From positions 160,001 through 224,000 of the forward strand of contig CP068257.2 in NCBI GenBank assembly GCA_009914755.4: a stretch of 64,000 nt of DNA, read 5' to 3'. Below, piece after piece: positions 58,158 through 64,000 of this stretch (the stretch's first letter is position 1; every line of letters begins with the position of its first letter). Under the pieces are notes generated by a model that did not search any database, was not told the DNA's origin, and saw only the letters and a program-made list of their open reading frames with translations. The translations under genes were made by a program, and so were the position numbers. This DNA is from the human T2T-CHM13v2.0 reference genome, Homo sapiens.

Positions 58158-61100
58158 ATGTCTGCACCTAAGAACACTAGGGTCTTGTCTGGCTCTTCTT
58201 ATGAACGGTCCCCCAGCCCGGACTCCCCAAGATCCATGCTAGCCTCACCCAGCTTCTCCCTCTCCCCTCTCAGAAACTCAGACTTAAGAGGAAGCTCCTC
58301 ACCAGGGATCCGGAGCTAACATTCACCATCCCCTAGGGCTTCACCACACTCACCTCTGTCATCACCAGTATCCCCCAATCTCCCATTTCCCTGTCCTATC
58401 CGTGATGGGCAATCAATGAAGCCATTGGGCTCTCCCGTGTCCTCCTCTGAGGATTCTACAGTCACCACATTCATCAGTAATATACCACATGTTCCTACTG
58501 CCATCACCCAGCAGCTCACCCCCAGCTCTCTGGGAGTCTCCTGGGTCTCCCAGCTACTCTCCAAACAACCCCAGATTTCAGCTGGAGTCAGCCCCCCACA
58601 CCCAGGAATCACCTGCAAACTCACGAGCCTCACGGTGCTCCTCCCCTATGTCTTTCATCTCTTCACCCCCAGGCCTCAGGGACTCTCCTGTGGCTCCCAG
58701 TTACTCTCAAGCCATCCCCATGTTCCTGCGGGAGTCAGCCCCATGCACTCAGGAGTCCCCCAGAGACTCACAGGTCTCGGGAGAATATGAGCGGTCCCCC
58801 AGCCCTGACTCCTCAAGATTCATGCCTGCCTCACCCAGCATCTACCTCTCCCCTCCCAGGAACTCAGACCCAAGGGGCAGCTCCTCACAAGGGATGTGGA
58901 AGTACTCTACATCATCCCGCAGGGCTTCACCACTCTCACATCCGTCATCGGCAGAATTCCACAACTTTACATTTCCCTTTCCTAACCAAGCAGGACAATC
59001 ACTCATGTCATTGTGTTCTCCCGTGTCCTCCTCTGGAGATTCCTCACAGTCACCCCATTCATCAATAATATACCATATGTTCTTACTGCCATCATCCAGC
59101 AGCTCACCCCCAGCCACCAATGACTCTCCTGTCTGTCCCAGCTACTCTCCAACTACGCCCAGATTTCAGCAGGCGTCGGTATCCAACACCCCAGAAACAC
59201 CTACAAACTCACAGACCTCAGTGAGATCCTCGCCAGTCTCTCTCACGTCTTCACCCCCAGGCCTTACGGACCCTCCAGTCTCTCCCAGCTACTATCCAAC
59301 CACGCGCACATTTCAGCGCGGGTCAGATCCAGGAACCCAGGGATCACCCGCAAGCCCACCACTTTCACTGTGTTACTCCCCAGTCTCAAGCACGTCTTTA
59401 TCTCCAACCCTCAGGGACTCTCCTGTCTGTCCCAGCTATTCTCCAACCACGCCCACGTTTCAGCGGGAGTCCGTTGCAGGCACCCAGCAATCACCAGCAA
59501 ACTCACCAATTTCACTCAATTACTCTCCAGTCTCTCTCATGTCTTCACCAGCCCTCAGGGACTCTCCCATCTGTCCCAGCTACTCTCCAACCATGCCCAG
59601 ATGTCAGCTGGAAGCAGTTCCTTGCACCCAGGAATCACCACCAAACTCACCAATTTCACTCAATTACTCCGCAGTCTCTCTCATGTCTTCACCAGCCCTC
59701 AGGGACTCTCCCGTCTGTCTCAGCTACTCTCCAACCACGCCACATTTCAGCTGGAGTCAGATCCAGGCACCCCGGAGTCACCACCAAACTCACCAATTTC
59801 ACTCAATTGCTCTCCATTCTCTCTCATGTCTTCAGCAGCCATCAGGGACTCTCCCGTCTGTCCCAGCTAGTCTCCAACCACGCCCACATTTCAGCTGGAG
59901 TCAGATCCAGGCACCCCGGAGTCACCACCAAACTCTCCAATTTCACTCAATTACTCTCCAGTCTCTCTCATGTCTTCACCAGCCCTCAGGGACTCTCCCG
60001 TCTGTCCCAGCTACTGTCCAACGACGCCCAGATTTCAGCTGGAAGCAGTTTCTTGCTCCCCAGAATCAACACCAAACTCACCAATTTCACTCAATTACTC
60101 TCCAGTCTCTCTCATGTCTTCACCAGCCATCAGGGACTCTCCCGTCTGTCCCAGCTACTCTCCAACCACGCCCACATTTCAGCTGGAGTCACTTCCAGGC
60201 ACCCCAGAGTCACCACCAAACTCACCAATTTCACTCAATTTCTCTCCAGTCTCTCCGATGTCTTCACCAGCCCTCAGGGACTCTACTGTCTGTCCCAGCT
60301 AGTCTCCAACCACGCCCAGATTTCAGCTGGAAGCAGTTCCTTTCACCCCGGAATCACCTCCAAACTCACCAATTTCACTCAATTACTCTCTAGTCTCTCT
60401 CATGTCTTCACCAGCCTCAGGGACCCTCCTGTCTGTCACAGCTACTCTCCAACCACCCCCAGATTTCAGCTGGAGTCAGTTCCAGGCACCCCGGAGTCAC
60501 CACCAAACTCACCAGTTTCACTGAGGTACTCCCCGGTCTCTCTCATGTCTTCACCGCCAGCCCTCAGGGACTCTCCTGTGTGTCCCAGCTACTCTCCAAC
60601 CACGCCCACATTTCAGCTGGAGTCACTTGCAGGCACCCAGGAATTACCTACAAACTCAGCAGTTTCACTGAGTTACTCCCCAGTCTCTCTCATGTCTTCA
60701 GCCCCAGCCCCCTGGGACTCTCCTGTCTGTCCCAGCTCCTCTCCCACCACGCCCAGATTTCAGAGGGAGTCAGCCTCCCACACTCTGGAATCACCTGCAG
60801 ACTCACAGACTTCACGGAGGTCCTCCCTGATCTCTCTCAAGTCTTTGCCCTCAGCCCACAGGGACTCTTGTGTCTCTTTCAGCTACTCTCGAAACTTCTC
60901 TAGATTCCAGCTGGACTCAGTTCCAGGCACCCACGACACACCACCAAACTCACGAATTTCACTGACTTACTGCCCAGTCTCTCTCATGTTCTCACCCCCA
61001 GCCCTCAGGGACTCTTCTGTCTCTCTCAGCTACTCTCCAACCATCTCCACATCACACCTGGGGTCAGCTTCCCACACCCAGGAATCACCTACAAACTCAC

Positions 61101-61708
61101 GGACCTTACTGCAACCCTCCCCCATTTCTTTCACCTCTTCACCCCCTGCTTTCTGGGACTCTCCTGTGTCTCCCAGCTTCTCTCCAGCCTTCCCCAGATT
61201 TCTGCCACAGTCAGCCCCAGGCACCCAGGGGAACCCTGGACACTCATAGTCCTCACGAGACTATTTCCCAATGACTTGTATCTATAGAGCGATGGCTCCC
61301 ATGCTTCCCTCAGTGACCCCAAACCCATCTCCACTTACACTCAGACACTCCCAGGGCCTGACAGCTACTCCCCGTTATTGTCCTTCAGCTCGAAGCCCTG
61401 GCCCATCTACTAGCCAACATGATGCAGCTACCTGGCCATGTCTCCACATTTCTGGGGAGGGCCCCACACCCAGCCGCAGAAGAGCCCCTCCTGCATTCCG
61501 TCCTCACACACAGGCCTGTCCATCCACTTGCTACTGTCACACTCTTGCCAGCAGAAGAGGCCCCTGTAATGGCCGATATCACCGCCCAGTCTATCCTCAC
61601 CCCACAGCTGTGCAGCGGGACCCTCCTGCTGGCCCACGTGGCTGCCACAGCCCATGCTGGCACGACGCTCCAGCATGTCGGCGTCCCTGCGGGCCACGCT
61701 ACCGCTGA
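58158..61708 (+). pseudogene. Unit 8 copy, heavily degenerate. TAA at 58317-58319 (same site as unit 6). 2-bp deletion near 58455-58460. Scrambled and diverged 144-bp repeat block 59500-60500. TAG near 61247-61249. Two fewer repeats.
   Basis: ORF track shows frame-shifted pieces 58489..60393 (frame 1), 59474..61249 and 61271..61708 (frame 2). ATG at 58158 is in frame 0. Confidence 0.6.
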
Positions 61709-61934
61709 CATGGCTAGCATCACCCTCCTTCCTGGCAGTGACACTGCTGATTTGAACCCCAGTTTCACAGCTGTCATTTGTAAATAGGACCATTTTCCCT
61801 TTTCTCTCTCCCTTCCATTCACAGGGCTTCTCATTCTCTCTGTTTCTGCCTCCGTTTCAGAGATTTACTCACCTTTTTCTCTCTCACTATGTCTGCCGTG
61901 GTCTCCATAAGAGTGTGCCACATAAAATTGTCCC

Positions 61935-61940
61935 ATTAAA
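61935..61940 (+). terminator. Poly(A) signal ATTAAA (unit 8).
   Basis: Same hexamer, stop+227. tcccATTAAA, with one nearby substitution. Confidence 0.45.
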
Positions 61941-62295
61941 AGTCATGAATTGAGTGGATTTTAGTATACCTGTGGTTGTGCACATTCAATTTTAATTCGC
62001 AATCCATTTTAGAAGGTTTTATCACCCCCGACCAGAGAAACACCCTGTGGACATTAGTCACTCCTCATTCTGTCTCAAACCCTCTCCCTGACCCTCAGCC
62101 CTAGGTAACAACTGCATAGAGCGATCAACCCCATATGCATAGATTTCCATATTGTGGACAGTTCCTATAAGCGGAATTGCACAATACATGAACTTTTATG
62201 ACTGACATAGCACGTTGCACAATATTTTCAAGATTCATCCACATTGTAGGATTTCCCTCAGGGGAAACCCCTTTTTTTCGGGTTTTAGTAACACC

Positions 62296-62476
62296 GGGCG
62301 TTTTCTTCTTCCTACCGCCCTTCTTTCCTTCTTTCCTTCCTAGCTTCCTACCTTGCTTCCTTCCTTCCTTTTTTTCCTGCTTTCCTCCCTTCCTTCCTTC
62401 CTTCCTTCCTTCCTTCTTTCCTCCCTCCCTTCCTTCCTTCCTTCCTTCCTTCCTTCCTTCCTTCCTTCCTTCCTCC
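62296..62476 (+). repeat. Expanded, interrupted (TTCC)n/(TTTCC)n tract in the diverged right-edge unit.
   Basis: ttctttccttctttccttcctagcttcctaccttgcttcc… is about twice as long and more irregular than in the interior units. Confidence 0.85.
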
Positions 62477-63217
62477 TATTTCTCTCTTACTCCTTCTGCC
62501 CTCTCTCTTTCATATGCCTTAGGTGCATCCCACATTCTGCGTTTTTTTGGGGAAATCCTCGACAGGTGCAGGAAAATTGTGTTATTTTAACTATTTACCG
62601 CTATCTCTCTTTCACGGCTCTCCTTCAGTTGTGAACATCTATTGGTTTATCCCAAGTCACTAAGCATATTTTAATTAGGTACACCTGTTTTTCTTTATAC
62701 ACCTGTTTCTGGAGTATAGGTTCGCATACTCATAAACCCAGTGTAACTCAGAAACGCATCTAATATCCCAATAAACCCATCATAACGTTGAAAAATCATA
62801 AATCAAACCATCAGAAATCACGGTTTTTCCGTGGATATGGGTGTCATCAATTCCATTGTATTCAATAATGCTGTACACCATTAACAATGGCTGACTGATT
62901 GGGAGTGGATATTGATAGCTTTATAAAAGTCAGTTATTAGAGGGATACGTCTTTAACCTGACTGAAGAACTGATCTAATGGCATTTGTACAGTGCATGAT
63001 TATGTGAGATGTTTTGAGAGAGAGTAGTACATTTGTGAACGAAATTTTTTGGCTTTTTTTCACTTAGTAGGAACCATTGTGTGTGGAAAAGTGAGAAAAT
63101 TGCTTTCTGCTCTAGAGTCTGGCATTCATTGTAGATTAAAGCTTATTTTTCTGTGAGCAAAGCTTATTCAATAAAATACTACTCTTTATAATAAAAAACA
63201 AAAACACTGGTGATGTG

Positions 63218-63498
63218 AGGTCATTAACCTCAGCAAACTAATCCAGGGAAAGAAAACCAAACGCCACATTCTCACTTACAATGGGAGCTGAAAAAGGAGA
63301 TCCCATGGACACAGGAAGTGGAACAACACACACTGGGGCCTTTCGGGAGGCAGAGCGTTAAGAAAAACAGCTACTGCATTCTGGGCTTAATACCTAGGTG
63401 ATGAGTTGACAGGTGCAGCAACCCACCATGGCACACGTTTACCTTAGTAACAAATTTTCATATCCTGCACATATTCCCCTGAACTTAGAAACAAAACG
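63218..63498 (+). mobile_element. L1 3'-end fragment, diverged right-edge copy.
   Basis: Same element with ~10% substitutions. Confidence 0.7.
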
Positions 63499-64000
63499 AA
63501 ACAAAAGAAAACGAAAAAGCAATAGCAAAACGCTAAAGGCAAAATAAAGTTTCAAACTCAGAAATTGACAGACCAATGTTTGGTTCAAATCATGGTTCTC
63601 AACCCAGGTGCCACAAGGTCAGGATAAAGAATTTGATTACATATTGTAAATAAGACATGCAGCAAATGACCAGAAAGATTATTCTCAACATATGTGTGTC
63701 TTCTAATTCAATGGTGATGCTATCTACCGGGACATAGCATTAGATTCCAAAGGGCCGAGTCCCGCCAGACAGGCCTCCCACACTAATAACAATGGGAAGC
63801 CCTACGTTGTTTTACCTGTGCTTCTCAGCAACTGGCTATAAATCAGGTTGCCACCACTCCCAGATTTAGTTGCATTCATTTGCTGGAAGAGCTCACAGCA
63901 CGCAGGGAAACACTTACTTTTGCTGTTGTATTTTAGCGGATATTGCAAAAATTTGAGAAATAAATTTTGGGCCCGGCATGTGGGGAGGGGCGCAGTACTT

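Larger units (their letters stand above)
1..64000 (+). repeat. Tandem macrosatellite array of a ~7.1 kb unit (8 full units plus partial units at both ends). Unit boundaries, taken stop codon to stop codon: 2993, 10433, 17581, 24721, 31861, 38997, 47856, 54856, 61709.
   Basis: Every landmark recurs at ~7.14 kb spacing. ATG at 6299, 13735, 20875, 28015, 35151, 42277, 51154, 58158. TATTTAAA box, ATTAAA signal, (TTCC)n, L1 fragment and (CA)n are all collinear in each unit. Confidence 0.95.
62170..64000 (+). repeat. Diverged (~88-90% identity) partial unit at the right edge of the array. It covers the 3' flank, the (TTCC)n tract, the L1 fragment and the spacer. Divergence starts abruptly near 62170.
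   Basis: Compare gttcctataagcggaattgcacaatacatgaacttttatgactgacatagcacgttgcac… here with gttcctataaacggaattgcacaatacgtgagcttttgtgactgacataacacttttagcac… in all interior units. Substitutions and indels are dense from there to the window end. Confidence 0.8.

Noticed and set aside
1-64000. Any prokaryotic-style system such as CRISPR, operons, toxin-antitoxin pairs or defence islands.
   Set aside because: The sequence is clearly eukaryotic: TATA and Inr promoter, Kozak ATG, an ATTAAA poly(A) signal, an L1 retrotransposon fragment, and (CA)n and (TTCC)n microsatellites. There are no Shine-Dalgarno-spaced gene clusters, no short direct repeats with unique spacers and no tRNA or rRNA genes.

Overview
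The whole 64 kb window is one head-to-tail tandem array (macrosatellite) of a ~7.1 kb unit: eight complete units plus a partial unit at each end. Measured stop codon to stop codon, unit lengths are 7440, 7148, 7140, 7140, 7136, 8859, 7000 and 6853 bp.

Every unit is a self-contained, apparently intronless, eukaryotic transcription unit on the + strand. In order it carries a GC box, a TATTTAAA box and an initiator-like motif ~31 bp downstream; a ~320 nt 5'UTR containing a (CA)n/(CACG)n microsatellite; an ATG in acceptable Kozak context; a ~3.85 kb ORF (1281 aa in the modal copy); a TGA stop; and an ATTAAA poly(A) signal 227 nt downstream. The 2.7 kb inter-genic part of each unit carries a (TTCC)n polypyrimidine microsatellite and a ~280 bp fragment homologous to a mammalian (primate-like) L1 3' end, so the unit amplified after that L1 insertion.

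The ORF encodes an extremely Ser/Pro/Thr-rich, low-complexity protein. It consists of a ~196-aa N-terminal module duplicated in tandem, then at least 16 tandem 48-aa (144 bp) repeats of the type SPPNSPISLNYSPVSLMSSPALRDSPVCPSYSPTTPRFQLEAVPCTPE. The central ~9 repeats are nearly identical and the outer ones degenerate. A unique Cys/Arg/His/Pro-rich basic C-terminal tail follows. I do not recognise the protein family from memory.

The number of 144-bp repeats differs between units: +12 in the 8.86 kb unit, +2, -1 and -2 in others, so a coding minisatellite is nested inside the macrosatellite. Four copies are intact (starting at 20875, 28015, 35151 and 51154). Four carry nonsense or frameshift lesions (starting at 6299, 13735, 42277 and 58158). 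The three central intact units are >99.9% identical. Sequence to the right of ~62170 is a clearly more diverged (~10%) copy, suggesting the homogenised array ends there. Because the coding strand is G-poor and C/T-rich, all three forward frames are open across the repeat block and the ORF track shows spurious 300-700 aa overlapping ORFs. No prokaryotic-type systems, tRNA or rRNA genes were seen.
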